Origin: Candidatus Hydrogenedentota bacterium
GTDB taxonomy: Bacteria; Hydrogenedentota; Hydrogenedentia; Hydrogenedentales; JAGMZX01
Reading direction: 5' to 3'
DNA length: 64,000 nucleotides
Assembly (NCBI GenBank): GCA_029556545.1
Contig: JAKQEQ010000193.1
Span: 15,262 to 79,261, forward strand
The translations under genes were made by a program, and so were the position numbers. The notes beneath the pieces are model-generated. The model saw only the letters and a list, made by a program, of their open reading frames with translations, did no database searches and had not been told where the DNA came from. Positions 1 through 10,715 of this stretch are shown here, piece after piece. Positions within the stretch are counted from its first letter, which is position 1, and each line of letters begins with the position of its first letter.

Positions 1-218
1 TTCAGCGGCTTGTAACGGAATAACATCAACCCCCATAGCAAGGTCATAAAGTAGATTACATGCGCCGCCCCGCCCACCAGCACCGCCAACGCCCCCGAAA
101 CCAGCGCCCCCGGCCACCCCAGTAAATTCGGCGCGTCGGCCAGTCCGTCCAGATACCGGTGCGAATACTGCTGGTGCGCGTCCGTCACCAACGCCAGAAA
201 GAGGAGGAGCGTAAGCAT
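1..218 (-). CDS. partial hypothetical membrane protein (N-terminal part only; gene runs off the left edge)
   Basis: ATG at 218 on the minus strand. The translation MLTLLLFLALVTDAHQQ...LVGGAAHVIYFMTLLWGLMLF is hydrophobic and stays open to position 1. It is not in the ORF track because it has no stop inside the window. Confidence 0.3.
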   Translation of the reverse strand, partial: MLTLLLFLALVTDAHQQYSHRYLDGLADAPNLLGWPGALVSGALAVLVGGAAHVIYFMTLLWGLMLFRYKPL

Positions 219-600
219 GAACAAGCAGACGCCGAGGATTTCACAACGCCGCTCATTTTCCAATTTATTTAGAAATAGCATATTCAGTACGCCGTCCAGC
301 GAATCGCCTTCCTGCTATGATGCGCTCATCTTAGCAGAGATTCTCCGGTTTTGCAACAACATATTGCGTATCTCACGCAGGGTATAACTACATATGGCCA
401 GGACGGCCCTGCGGAACGCTTGAGGAGTTTTCTCTTGACAACAAGACGCCCCGGCTCCCGGACATGCCGCACCTGCCCGCCGAAGAACCGGGTCCAACGG
501 CGGCAGCGTGCCGCGCGGCCATTGACTGCATCGCGCGCGCCGGGGTACCCTGCGGCGCATGGGTCGTTGTTGGCGAGCGTATCGAAAGGGGATCAGTCCA

Positions 601-3569
601 TGAGCGCACGCAAATGGTTCGAGTCTGTCTTATTCGTGACGGGCCTGTTGTTACTTACGTTTGGAGGAACGGCCATGGCCTCCGAGATTTCCGAGAACGT
701 CTACACCGGCGAACTGGTGCGTTTCCCGGGGCCGTGGGCCTTCCACATTCCGCGGGCGCACATCATCCTCGTGAGCGATCAACAACTCATCGACCTTACG
801 GACCCGGACCGGGAAGTCGACATCGGCATGACGGGCACGCCGCGGGTGACGACGCTGAGGAAACTCTGCGAGCAGGCGCGCGCGGGCGGACAACGGACGC
901 TCATCTTCGCCTTCGACCACTTCTTCAGCCAGTACCGAAAAGGCCAGGAAGGCAAGCCGCGCGAGTTGCTGCCGGACACGGACGCCTACATCGGGCATAT
1001 CGCCAAAATCAGCAAGGTAGCGCAGGAGTACGGCATCGGCCTCGAATTGAGTCTGCTCAGCCCGCTCGAAATCGGCAAGGGCTATCACGAGCGCACGGGC
1101 GAGTCCGGCGTGTGGATGCACTACCGCGAAGGCCTGCGCGACCCGCGCACGGGCGCGTTCAGCGTGCAGTTCTGGCGGCAGACCAAGTGGTGCAACAACA
1201 AGGGCCCGATCACCGTCGAAGACGCGGGGGTACGGGCGTTCGCGTTCCGCGAGCGTGTCATCGACCGCACGCCCTACCGCGTCGTGCGGCCCGAGGATAT
1301 CGTCGAAATCACGGACGGCTTCACGGCGGAGGTGTGGGAGGGGACCGCGCGGCGCGCCGGGGACTATGAGGCGGTGCGCGTGTGCGTGCGGGGCGAGGGC
1401 GGCCCGCGCGGCTTTGACCGCGTGCTCGTGGTGCAGCAATACCGCACGCCCGAGATGGACTACTTCAGCGATTCGGCGTTGCCGTTCTTGCGGGACCTGG
1501 CGGACCGGTACGCGGACGCCGGCATCCTGCTGAACGGGCTGTATTCGGACGAGATGCACATCCAGCAGGACTGGCGGTATTTCAGCCACCACGACGCCGG
1601 CCAGTTCGCGCTCCGGTACGTGAGTCCCGGCCTCGCGAAACGCTTCGCCGATCACTACGGCGATCAATATCGCGACTTCGCGAAGTACATGGTCTATTTC
1701 GCTTATGCACAGGAGGACTTCACAAACGACCTCCGCGCGCGGGACGCCGCGATGCACGTGTTTGGCGATACGCCCGAGGCGGTGCGCGAGACCGCGTTAT
1801 TCCGGGCCCGGTACTACAAGTTGCTGCAGGACGGCGTGGTGGACCTCTTCGCCGAAGCGAAGCGCTACGCGGAGTCGCGCATGGGCCACCGGCTCGAGGC
1901 GCGCGCGCATCCGACCTGGGCCGAAAGCCCGACCATTGACGCCTGGGACACGGGCCGCCAGCAGCGCGCGCGCTTCCAGTACGAGTACACGCCGAATTTC
2001 ACGTGGTCGAACACGGTGCACCAGGCGGCGTCGGCGTGCCACGATTTCTTCAAGTGGAACGACTTCCTGACGGGCAACGGAAACGATCACGCGGAAGGCG
2101 GCTGGATCGACCGGAATTACTACGCGCCCGCGTTGGCGTGCTCGACGGGCATCCTCAACGACGTGCCGTATTCCTATGCCGCGCACTGGGGCGCGCCCGG
2201 CGAAGTGAGCCGGCGGCGTTCGGCCCTCGAAGCCGCCTACGGCGCGGCGGGCCATCCCGCGCACGGCATGGTCCAGAACCTCGAACACCGCGACGTGGAC
2301 GTGCTGATGCTGTATCCGCTCGACCTCGTGGCGGTCGAGGAACGGTTCGGCAGTTGGACCACCCAATACGGCTACGCGAACATGGTCCCGCAGGCGCAGA
2401 TTCTCGAACGCGGCGTCGTCAAGGACGGCGCCATCGAGATGGCGGGCCGTCGCTTCACGACCCTCGCGGCGACTTTCGAGCCGTTCCCGCGCCGGGCGCT
2501 GCTCGACATGATGCGCGCGCTCGCCGAGAGCGGCGGGCGGGTCGTCTGGTCGGGACCGCCCCCGTTGATCACCGCCGAGGGCGCGCCCGCGCTCGAAACG
2601 TGGCAAGCCCTGTTCGGTGTCGCCTACGTGCCGACCGTCGAGGACGGCCTGATCGCGCCAGGGCAGGAGGTGCGCTTCGAGGGCGCGCTGGCCCCCGTGC
2701 CGCCCCAGACGATCCTCACGCATTTCCTCGTGGACCGCGTGTATCCGGTGACGCCGGGCGAGGACGCGGCAACCGTGGCGCAGGTCGGCGACCACGTGGC
2801 GGGCACGGACAAGACGTTCCCCGGCGGCGGGCGCAGCGTATTCCTCGGGTTCCGCCCGCGCGACGACCAGGCGCGGAGCCTCGGCTATGAGACGCGCACG
2901 TGGTTCGAGACGCTCGACGCGCTGGGCGCGTACCCGCCGACGGGCGCGTTTCCGGACGCCAACGACAACACGGAGTACCTGTCGCGCACGACCGACTGGC
3001 TTTGCTGCCGGTTCCCGAACGGCGCGGTCTCGATCGCGCCGCACCTGCGCGACGTGCTCGAAGGCTGGCCGGGCGGCTTCGTGCGGAACCCGGAAGAGGA
3101 CGCCGAAATCATCAAGCACTTGGTCCTGCCGTCCGAGCGCATCGAACTCGCCGACTTCCAGGTCAACGGCCACCGCGTGACGTATTCAGGCGGCCGTGTC
3201 GTCACTTTCCGCGTGGACGAGCAAGGAAATCTGATCGCGTTCGCCGGGCATGACGCGAAAGAGATCGCCATCGACGGCCGTAACACCGCGTTCGCCGACG
3301 CCCCCATGCCGCTCGTCGCCTGGGCACCGGTCCAGCCCGAGCGGCGCGTCAAAGGCGGGGCGGTATTGTTGCTCATGGTGCATGGCGCGGGCGCGGTGCG
3401 TATCCCGGCCCACGGGCTGCCCGAAGAGATGCATTTCGTCGCCCAGGGGCCGACGCCGGGAAGCCGGGGCGCGGCCATATCCAGTCGCCGCGACGGCGAC
3501 GCCTTCGTGCTCACCATTGAGGCGGGTGCCTCGGGCGCGTGGCTCTACGGCATGCCGGGGCCTGCATAA
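601..3569 (+). CDS. large hypothetical signal-anchored protein (about 989 aa), function unknown
   Basis: Track ORF 351..3569. I chose the internal ATG at 601 (MSARKWFESVLFVTGLLLLTFGGTAMA) because it gives an N-terminal signal anchor. The frame has coding-like composition and no recognisable catalytic motif. Confidence 0.65.
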
Positions 3570-3896
3570 AGGCACAGACAACGCAGTCAAGACTTGGGAC
3601 CGTCCACCGCGCGCGGAGAGGCCGACGCGCATTGCGCGGGTTCGGTTTGCCGGTGGGCGTCGTGGTGGCGACCCTTGGAGACTTGGATCGCTACGTCAAT
3701 TCACCAGCGTTGGTCTATCGAGACGCGCTAAGAGATGGAAGAGAGTTGTATGCCGCATGACGGGGAACGAGCGGATGCGCCTGCGAGATGGTTGGCGAAC
3801 GCCGTCGCCGACTTGGTCGAAGCCACGTTGACCAAATCGGGCTCATACCGCGGCGTCGCACTCCAGGAAGCGCATATGCGCTATTACCGCTCCTTC

Positions 3897-4202
3897 TTAC
3901 CGGTATGCGTCGCGGCGATCATCCAGCGTCAATAGAAAGACTATGCGCTTTGTGCGGTCCACTGTGAAGAATATCCGAAAGTCGCCAATGCGATATCGCC
4001 ATGTATCGGGCGCGTAACCCTTAAGCTTCTTGATATTGGGACCAAGGAACGGATTCTCGCGCAATTGCGGATAGACATACCGTCGCAGCTTACGTTGCAG
4101 GAACTCGGAGGCGGCTTTAGAAAGTCTTTCGAGGCGTCGCCGGAATTCGTCCGTCTCGAAGATTCTGAATTCAAACGAAGCGCCCCTGTCCCGTTTCGGC
4201 AT
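3897..4202 (-). CDS. RelE/ParE-family type II toxin
   Basis: 101 aa with the C-terminal motif WRYRIGDFRIFFTVDRTKRIVFLLTLDDRRDAY, typical of RelE/ParE (RIGDYRIIY-type). It overlaps the upstream antitoxin gene by 32 nt. Confidence 0.8.
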   Translation of the reverse strand: MPKRDRGASFEFRIFETDEFRRRLERLSKAASEFLQRKLRRYVYPQLRENPFLGPNIKKLKGYAPDTWRYRIGDFRIFFTVDRTKRIVFLLTLDDRRDAYR

Positions 4203-4410
4203 TCTTCATTCCCCGCGTTAGACTGCGATTCAACGCGACGTTGGCCCGGATTTCCTCCATTTCGAAATCGTCCGCGAACTGCGCCGTTTCGACGTAGCGC
4301 AGGGCCGCCGTCTCGATGAAATTTGAGAGCGGCCGGTTTTCCCGCTCCGCCAAGACACGAAACCGCCGATAAGTCTCGTCCGGAAGTCGTAAAGTGACTA
4401 TCTTCGACAT
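4171..4410 (-). CDS. ribbon-helix-helix (CopG/ParD-like) antitoxin
   Basis: Internal ATG at 4410 of track ORF 4171..4593. The N-terminus MSKIVTLRLPDETYRRFRVLAERENRPLSNFIE matches RHH antitoxins. It sits directly upstream of and overlapping the RelE/ParE gene. The longer start at 4593 would lie upstream of the predicted promoter. Confidence 0.7.
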   Translation of the reverse strand: MSKIVTLRLPDETYRRFRVLAERENRPLSNFIETAALRYVETAQFADDFEMEEIRANVALNRSLTRGMKNAETGQGRFV

Positions 4411-4549
4411 AGCACGTAGCGCCTCCCTTGCGCGCTGCAGCTTACATCTCCGCGCTTCGCGCGTGAAGCCGCCCGCAAACGTCGAGAACCTTCGTGGGGC
4501 GCGATAAAGCGGCCCCCACGCGAGCGCCTGAAAGCTAGTACCCGCAACT

Positions 4550-4578
4550 AGTTTACAATGCAATACATGCATTGTCAA
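4550..4578 (-). promoter_or_regulatory. sigma70-like promoter with inverted-repeat operator for the antitoxin-toxin operon
   Basis: Minus strand reads TTGACA(4578-4573)-N17-TAAACT(4555-4550). The 17-nt spacer atgcatgtattgcattg contains the inverted repeat CAATGCA-N5-TGCATTG. It lies about 140 nt upstream of the antitoxin ATG. Confidence 0.45.
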
Positions 4579-4935
4579 TCGCTTCGCCTGCAAACGATCC
4601 TGCTATCCTGCTCGTCGATCACGCGCTGACTTTCGCCGTAGTGTGCCCGCCCCGGGAGAACCTTCGCGGCACGGGTATCGCAGCCGCACGCCACTCGCGA
4701 AGTGTCGCCCTCATTCTGCGATTCGCACGCGGCGACACTGCTCCAGCGCTGTGTCCGGGCGGCAAGGGTCCCCGAGGCTCGGCTAAGCGGCAGTCCAGAA
4801 CCTGGACAAATCCAGTACGGTTTCTGGACTGCCGCCAGTCATCGCTTAGAAAACTAAACAATAGTTAATGCCAATTTGCATCGTAAGTGCCCTATTCGCA
4901 GTGCCTTGCGCCTTGCGCAAAAAGAATGGGTAACT

Positions 4936-4950
4936 TGGCAAGAAACTTGC
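4936..4950 (+). promoter_or_regulatory. candidate sigma54 -24/-12 element (TGGCA-N6-TTGC)
   Basis: cTTGGCAAGAAACTTGCTg has a GG to GC spacing of 12, as in the TGGCAC-N5-TTGC consensus, with one mismatch in the -24 box. It is about 360 nt upstream of the hybrid kinase gene. Confidence 0.25.
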
Positions 4951-5309
4951 TGCCCCTAATTCCAACGCGTCGCGTCCCCCCAGGACGTGACGGCATAGTT
5001 GAATGGACAATGGGAAGACGAAATAATCCAGGGGAACGTCAGGTATCTTCGGTGAGCGTTGTCGCCATCGCGTCCGAGCGACTCTCGGGCGCGATGGCGG
5101 GCGGGGCGGCGGTATCTATGCCTATTCCGGCCTTTGCAGGGGTTTGTTCGGAAACGTGAATAGTGCTATGATGTGGATAAAAGGGGGCTATGCCGGGGAG
5201 GAGACCGCCAAGGGGGCATTGCGAGAAAGGAGGGCGGGGGGTGTAGTTTCGACGGAGGTCGGTGAGGCAAGCTTGCGGAAAGCGGGTGATGGTGCGTAGG
5301 GCGCAAGAC

Positions 5310-6821
5310 ATGGATACGGAACGTGTCATCCAGGTGCTTCTCGTTGATGATGACGAATATCATGCCTTTCTTGTGGAGGAGTATCTCAAGGAATCGCATG
5401 GCGCGCGCTTTATTCTGGAATGGGCGAATACCTACGACAAGGGCCTTACGGCGATCAAGGAACGCCGCCACGACGTGGTGCTGCTCGACTATTATCTGGG
5501 CAAGGCCACGGGCATTGATCTCCTCGAAGCGTTTCCCTCGCTTACGTTCCAAGTGCCGGTGATTCTCCTGACCGGCCACGCGGATGAACGGATAGACTCG
5601 GAAGCCCTGAGACGCGGCGCTTTCGACTTCCTGGACAAGAACGACTTGAACGGGGCCGTCCTCGAACGGACGATCCGCTACGCGGTCCGGCATTTCAGCG
5701 TGCAACAGGCGTTGCGCGAGAGCAAAGAGCGATTCGAGGGGCTCTACCATTCCGTCTTCGAGGGCATTCTCGTGCATGACGGAGAACGTGTCCTGCACGC
5801 AAACCCTTCCCTACTCCGGATGTTGGGTCGCTCACAGGAGGATATCGCCGGGGCGTCGCTCTCGGCCGTTTTTAACGGCGCGCTTGCACCCATGCTGGGG
5901 GCGACGGTTCACGAGGGCGCCGCCGCGACGGAGCTCGAATTGCGCGCGAACGGCAATGAACCGCTCCTCGTGGAAGTGCGCGCCCGGCCGCATGTCTTCA
6001 ATGGCCGGGATGCGTACCTTCTGGCCGTTCGCGACGTCACGGAGCTCAAACGGCACCAGGCTGAGCTTCAGCGCATGAACGAGGAACTCGAAGGGCGCGT
6101 CGAGCAACGAACGGAGGCGTTGCGAAGAAGCAACCGGGACCTGGAACACTTCGCGCATGTCATTGCTCACGACATTCGCGCGCCTTTGTCCGCCGTGGGC
6201 CACCACCTTCAGGAAGCGCGTCTCGACTGTGCCCAGACAGCGGAAAGTGGGGAGGCGCAGTTGCAGTCGCACTTCCTCGACAAGGCGGTGGCGACCGTGG
6301 AGCGGCTCCAGGGATTGATCGACGCGGTGCTTGAATATTCGCGAATTTCCACCCGAGATCGGACTATGCTGCCCGTAGACCTGAACGGCGTGATGCAGGA
6401 CGCGCTGCTTTGCCTGGATTCGCAACTCAAGGAGGCAGACGCCACGGTCATCGCGCCGCGGTTGCCCGTGGTGCAAGGCGACCCGATTCTGCTCGTCAAT
6501 CTTTTCCTGAATCTCTTGCAGAATGCGCTCAAGTACCGAGGCGAGGTATCGCCCCAGGTGAACGTTTCCGTCCGCGAGAGGGGCGCCTTCTGGCAACTTC
6601 AGGTGTCCGACAACGGCATTGGTTTCAGGGGCGAGGAAGCGCACGACATTTTCATTGTGCTGCATCGCGGGGAAAACTCGACTGCGTACCCCGGAACGGG
6701 ATTGGGCCTGGCGACGTGCAAGAAGATTGTGGAACTGCATGGAGGGCGAATCTGGGCGGAGTCGACGCCCGGCCAGGGCGCTACGTTCTTCTTCACGCTG
6801 CCGAAAACCGAGGTGAGGTGA
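5310..6821 (+). CDS. hybrid two-component protein: N-terminal receiver (REC), PAS, HisKA, HATPase_c
   Basis: VLLVDDD...DVVLLDYYLG...ILLTGHAD (REC); PAS segment; H-box HFAHVIAHDIRAPLSAV; N/G boxes NLLQNALKY, DNGIGF, GTGLGLATCKKIV. The start is ambiguous between GTG 5262 (RBS too close), ATG 5289 and ATG 5310. Confidence 0.8.
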   Translation: MDTERVIQVLLVDDDEYHAFLVEEYLKESHGARFILEWANTYDKGLTAIKERRHDVVLLDYYLGKATGIDLLEAFPSLTFQVPVILLTGHADERIDSEALRRGAFDFLDKNDLNGAVLERTIRYAVRHFSVQQALRESKERFEGLYHSVFEGILVHDGERVLHANPSLLRMLGRSQEDIAGASLSAVFNGALAPMLGATVHEGAAATELELRANGNEPLLVEVRARPHVFNGRDAYLLAVRDVTELKRHQAELQRMNEELEGRVEQRTEALRRSNRDLEHFAHVIAHDIRAPLSAVGHHLQEARLDCAQTAESGEAQLQSHFLDKAVATVERLQGLIDAVLEYSRISTRDRTMLPVDLNGVMQDALLCLDSQLKEADATVIAPRLPVVQGDPILLVNLFLNLLQNALKYRGEVSPQVNVSVRERGAFWQLQVSDNGIGFRGEEAHDIFIVLHRGENSTAYPGTGLGLATCKKIVELHGGRIWAESTPGQGATFFFTLPKTEVR

Positions 6822-6851
6822 GGCGCGCTGTGTTCGCGCGGGAGACCAGGA

Positions 6852-7784
6852 ATGAAGCACATTCTAGCGGTGGACGACGATGTCGGATTGCTTGATCTGC
6901 TCGGCAAGGCGCTGGCCCCGCGCGGCTATGCGCTGTCCGCCGCGCATCGCGTCGGCGGCGTGCTGGAGAAGGTCCGCGAGGTCAAACCCGATTATCTGCT
7001 GCTGGACGTTATGCTGCCGGACGGCGCGGGCTATCAGGTGGCGCGCGCGGTGCGCGGCGACGCCCGCTTGAATCATATGCCCATACTCTTCATCTCGACG
7101 TTGAATGACGGCCCGGAAGTGGCGCACGCGATGAAGCAGGGCGGCGACGCCTACCTGACAAAACCCTTCACGCTCGAACAGTTGCTGGACCGGCTGCGCT
7201 CGCTGGACGCGTTGACCGACAGATTGTCCGCGCCTGACGCCAAGACGGGCTTGCTTCACGTCGAGGCGATAACACGGGAAATCGACCGGCGCATTCTCCG
7301 GCACGAATCCTACGCGTTGTGCTATTTCACCATAAGGAATTTCCCCGCCTACCAGAGTGTGCGGCCGCCCGCCGACTGCGAACGGGTCATTGCCTGGGCC
7401 GCCTCCCTGCTGCGGGAACAAGCCCGGGACTTGGCGCTGCGCGACACGCGTCTCGCGTACGTGGGTGGCGGCCATTTTCTCGTCTTGGTGCATCCCGATG
7501 AAGACCGCAAGTACTGCAAGGCCGTTAACGCGCTATTCGATGACGGCGTGAAGCAGTTCTATCGGTCCTTCGAGGTCGAACAAGGCTATACCGTCAACAC
7601 GCCCGCGCAAGGCGTTTACGAAGGCGCGCGGCTCATGCGCTTGCACATCGTCATACTGCGTTCCGACGAGCACGATTTCAAGAGTTCGCACGAAGTGCTG
7701 AAGGCGTTCCAGAGGGCCGTTGAATCTCCCGACGAGGAGAAAACGCAAGCGGTCTTTCGTTACTATCAGAAGTACAAGTGGTAG
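6852..7784 (+). CDS. response regulator: REC domain fused to a degenerate GGDEF-like domain (GGGHF in place of GG[DE]EF)
   Basis: MKHILAVDDD...LLLDVMLPDGAGY...YLTKPF (REC). The C-terminal domain DAKTGLL...YALCYFTIRNFPAYQSV...AYVGGGHFLVLV aligns to the GGDEF core with the catalytic residues replaced. RBS ggagaccagga precedes ATG 6852. Confidence 0.8.
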   Translation: MKHILAVDDDVGLLDLLGKALAPRGYALSAAHRVGGVLEKVREVKPDYLLLDVMLPDGAGYQVARAVRGDARLNHMPILFISTLNDGPEVAHAMKQGGDAYLTKPFTLEQLLDRLRSLDALTDRLSAPDAKTGLLHVEAITREIDRRILRHESYALCYFTIRNFPAYQSVRPPADCERVIAWAASLLREQARDLALRDTRLAYVGGGHFLVLVHPDEDRKYCKAVNALFDDGVKQFYRSFEVEQGYTVNTPAQGVYEGARLMRLHIVILRSDEHDFKSSHEVLKAFQRAVESPDEEKTQAVFRYYQKYKW

Positions 7785-7903
7785 GCGCGCGGGCCGGCGA
7801 ACGACGCGGGGCGGACTTCGGCGGGGGCGGGGGGGGACGATCATTGGCTCTGTCAATTCGACACTGAAGTGCGCGCTGAAGCGCGAAGGACGGCCCAAGG
7901 CCC

Positions 7904-10528
7904 ATGAAACACGCCGCCAAGGTCGGTACATTCGGCATAGGAATATGTGTCGTTGCCTCCGTGGCCGCGGCGATGCTTTCGCCGTTCGCGGTACGCCAGC
8001 CTGGTCACGCATATACCCTGTGGCGGTGGGAATACCCGCGCCTCGAAGCGGCCCTGTCCGCCTTCTCGGCGCTTGCATCGGTACTAATGGCCCTGACGCT
8101 GGTCACGGCATCGCGCAGTCGACAACAAGCGGAACGCGATTTCTTCCCCGCCCTGGGTCTCTTCGGCATGGGCTTACTTATCGCGTTTCAGTCCGTGGCC
8201 GATCTGGGCAAGGGACTGCTGTTGCTGCACACCGCCGCGGCGGTTGTTGGAGGCGTCGGCTTCGCCTTGGTGTGGGCGCCCCGCGCGGCGGCGCGGCGCG
8301 GCCTGCAGTGGAAGGCGCAGCTATTTGTGCTGCTTGCCTTGTGTAGTGGCGCGTTCGCGCTCCTTGTCCTCATCCAGCGCGATCTCTTCCCTATCATGCT
8401 CGACAACAGTGCATATACGCAGGCCACTGTCTGGCTGAGCATGGCGGCCGGCCTGCTCTTTTTCTGCGCCGCGGTCCGCTACATGGTGGAGGCGTTCCGG
8501 GTTCCGCGTGGGGAGATGGCGGTCTTCTTCTGTCTCGCGCTCTTGTTTGCCTGTTCCTCGTTATTGTTCTCCTTCTCCCTGCCCTGGGACGTGGGCTGGT
8601 GGATATGGACCACGATGCGATTCCTCGCTTCTCTTGTCGTTCTAGGCTTTCTGCTCCACAACCATCTGGCAAACGTGAACGTCCTCGCGGATTCCCACTT
8701 GCGACTGCGGCGCATCAACAAGACCCTGAGTTTCACCCGTCACGCGGTGGATCACGGATTTGAAGCAGCCTTTTTCCATACGGCGGACGGACGCTTCGTC
8801 GATGTCAACGAGGCTGCGTGCCGTTCCTTGGGATACAAGCGGGAGCAACTGATGCAAATGACGGTGCATGACGTGGACCCGGATATGCCGGCGTCCGCCT
8901 GGCCCGACTTCTGGAACCGCATGCGCGAACAGCGGGCCGCCATATTCGAGTCGCATCATCGCACACGAACCGGCCGCGTCTTTCCCGTGGAAGTCGCCGC
9001 AAGCTATTTTCTCTTCGGCGGCGAGGAATACGTATTCGCGGCGGTGCGGGACATCACGGAACGCAAGCGGGCGGAGGAAGACTTGCGCCGCGCGCACGAC
9101 TATATCAACCACTTGATCGAGTCGGCGAACGTCATGGTGGTCGGCCTCGACGACACGGGCCGGATACGGGTCTTCAACAACGCGGCGCGGGAAATCACGG
9201 GGTATTCGATTGAAGAACTTGGAGATCGGAACTGGTTCGAGACAATTGTGCCCCGCGATCGTTATCCGGACGTATGGAAGATATTCACGGGGTATCAGGA
9301 AGGCGGTGCGCTACCCCCAAATTTCGAGAACCCCATCGTGACAAAATCCGGAGAGGAGCGCGTCATCTCGTGGCGGAACAGCCACATATCGCGCGAGGAA
9401 GACGGCGTCTCAACCGTATCGTTCGGTATGGACATCACAGATCGAAAGCGCGCCGAGGAGGCGATGCGCGCCAGTGAAACGCGGTATCGCCGCCTGCTCG
9501 AGGGTCTGCCCCAGAAGGTCTTTTACAAGGACACGCATTCCGTATATGTCACGGTCAATCGGAGCATGGCCGATGATCTGCGTTTGACTCCGGCGGACTT
9601 CGTGGGCAAGACGGACTTCGACTTCTTCCCCGAGGAAGACGCCGAGAAGTATCGCCAGGACGATCTCCGCGTGCTGGCGACCGGCGAACTGCTGGAAATG
9701 GATGAGTCTTACGTGGCGGGCGCCAAGAGGCTGACGGTCCACACAATCAAGGGGCCCATTCACGACGACAGTGGCCGGATCGTCGGTATTCTGGGTATCG
9801 CCTGGGACATTACGGCGCGCAAGCAGATGGAGGAAGCGCTTGCGCGGTCCAATGAGGACTTGGAGCGTTTCGCCTACATAGCCTCCCACGACCTGCAGGA
9901 GCCGCTGCGGGCCGTATCGGGAACACTTGATCTCCTGCGGCGTCGGCATGGAGATACGCTTGACGAAGAAGGCAATCGGTTTCTTGCGCGGGCGCTTGGC
10001 GCTGCGGAGCGCATGAGAACGTTGATCAACGACTTGCTGGCTTATTCCCGCGTCACAGCGCAGGGCGAGCCGCCCGAGGAGGTGGACTCCGCCGCGTTGG
10101 TGGATCAATTGTTTGAGGACCTCAAGAGCACCATCGAGGAACACGGCGCCGTTGTCACCAGGGACGAAATGCCGCGCGTACTCGCTGACCCGCCGCAACT
10201 CCGCCGTGTGTTCCAGAATCTCTTGAGCAACGCCATCAAGTTCCACGGCGAGGAACCGCCCAAGATCCACATCACGGCGGACTTTGCGGGTGAGTTTTGG
10301 GAATTCTCGGTCTCCGACAACGGCGTCGGGATTGACCCGGAGTACTTCGACCGCATCTTTGTCGTCTTCCAGCGGCTGCATGGCCACTCGGAATATCCCG
10401 GGACCGGCATCGGACTTGCCATATGCAAACGGATCGTCGAGCGCCACGGCGGGATGATTTGCGTCGAATCCGAGCCGGGGAAGGGTTCCATCTTTCGCTT
10501 CACCATCCCGGCGGTCCAGCACCACTAG
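7904..10528 (+). CDS. membrane sensor histidine kinase with multi-helix N-terminal domain and three PAS domains
   Basis: The N-terminal 260 aa has about 7 hydrophobic helices. It has three PAS-like segments (each followed by ITERKRAEE / ITDRKRAEE / ITARKQMEE linkers), then H-box FAYIASHDLQEPLRAV and HATPase motifs NLLSNAIKFH, DNGVGI, GTGIGLAICKRIV. Confidence 0.85.
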   Translation: MKHAAKVGTFGIGICVVASVAAAMLSPFAVRQPGHAYTLWRWEYPRLEAALSAFSALASVLMALTLVTASRSRQQAERDFFPALGLFGMGLLIAFQSVADLGKGLLLLHTAAAVVGGVGFALVWAPRAAARRGLQWKAQLFVLLALCSGAFALLVLIQRDLFPIMLDNSAYTQATVWLSMAAGLLFFCAAVRYMVEAFRVPRGEMAVFFCLALLFACSSLLFSFSLPWDVGWWIWTTMRFLASLVVLGFLLHNHLANVNVLADSHLRLRRINKTLSFTRHAVDHGFEAAFFHTADGRFVDVNEAACRSLGYKREQLMQMTVHDVDPDMPASAWPDFWNRMREQRAAIFESHHRTRTGRVFPVEVAASYFLFGGEEYVFAAVRDITERKRAEEDLRRAHDYINHLIESANVMVVGLDDTGRIRVFNNAAREITGYSIEELGDRNWFETIVPRDRYPDVWKIFTGYQEGGALPPNFENPIVTKSGEERVISWRNSHISREEDGVSTVSFGMDITDRKRAEEAMRASETRYRRLLEGLPQKVFYKDTHSVYVTVNRSMADDLRLTPADFVGKTDFDFFPEEDAEKYRQDDLRVLATGELLEMDESYVAGAKRLTVHTIKGPIHDDSGRIVGILGIAWDITARKQMEEALARSNEDLERFAYIASHDLQEPLRAVSGTLDLLRRRHGDTLDEEGNRFLARALGAAERMRTLINDLLAYSRVTAQGEPPEEVDSAALVDQLFEDLKSTIEEHGAVVTRDEMPRVLADPPQLRRVFQNLLSNAIKFHGEEPPKIHITADFAGEFWEFSVSDNGVGIDPEYFDRIFVVFQRLHGHSEYPGTGIGLAICKRIVERHGGMICVESEPGKGSIFRFTIPAVQHH

Positions 10529-10715
10529 GATGCTGCGACGGCTATTGCACTGAACGGCCGATCCCGAGCCTCCTCTCGTGCCGGGCATGTCCACACCGCC
10601 CATTTCGTCCATACCGTCCGTCAAATGATCTGCGCGCGCCGGGCGCAAGCACGAGCGAGTACGAATCTTGGGGTGCGCGCGGCTATACTGGCCCGGCGTG
10701 AGAAGGAGAGAAACC

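Noticed and set aside
351-600. Upstream 83 codons of ORF 351..3569
   Set aside because: Basic, low-complexity (RRPGSRTCRTCPPKNRVQRRQRAAR). The internal ATG 601 gives a signal-anchor start.
1797-3173. 458-aa minus-strand ORF (and 2003..2890 plus, 2885..3517 minus)
   Set aside because: It is antisense or off-frame inside the 601..3569 gene. Arg/Ala-rich low-complexity translations.
3735-3935. 66-aa plus-strand ORF downstream of the first large gene
   Set aside because: No RBS, atypical composition. It overlaps the 3' end of the RelE/ParE gene on the opposite strand.
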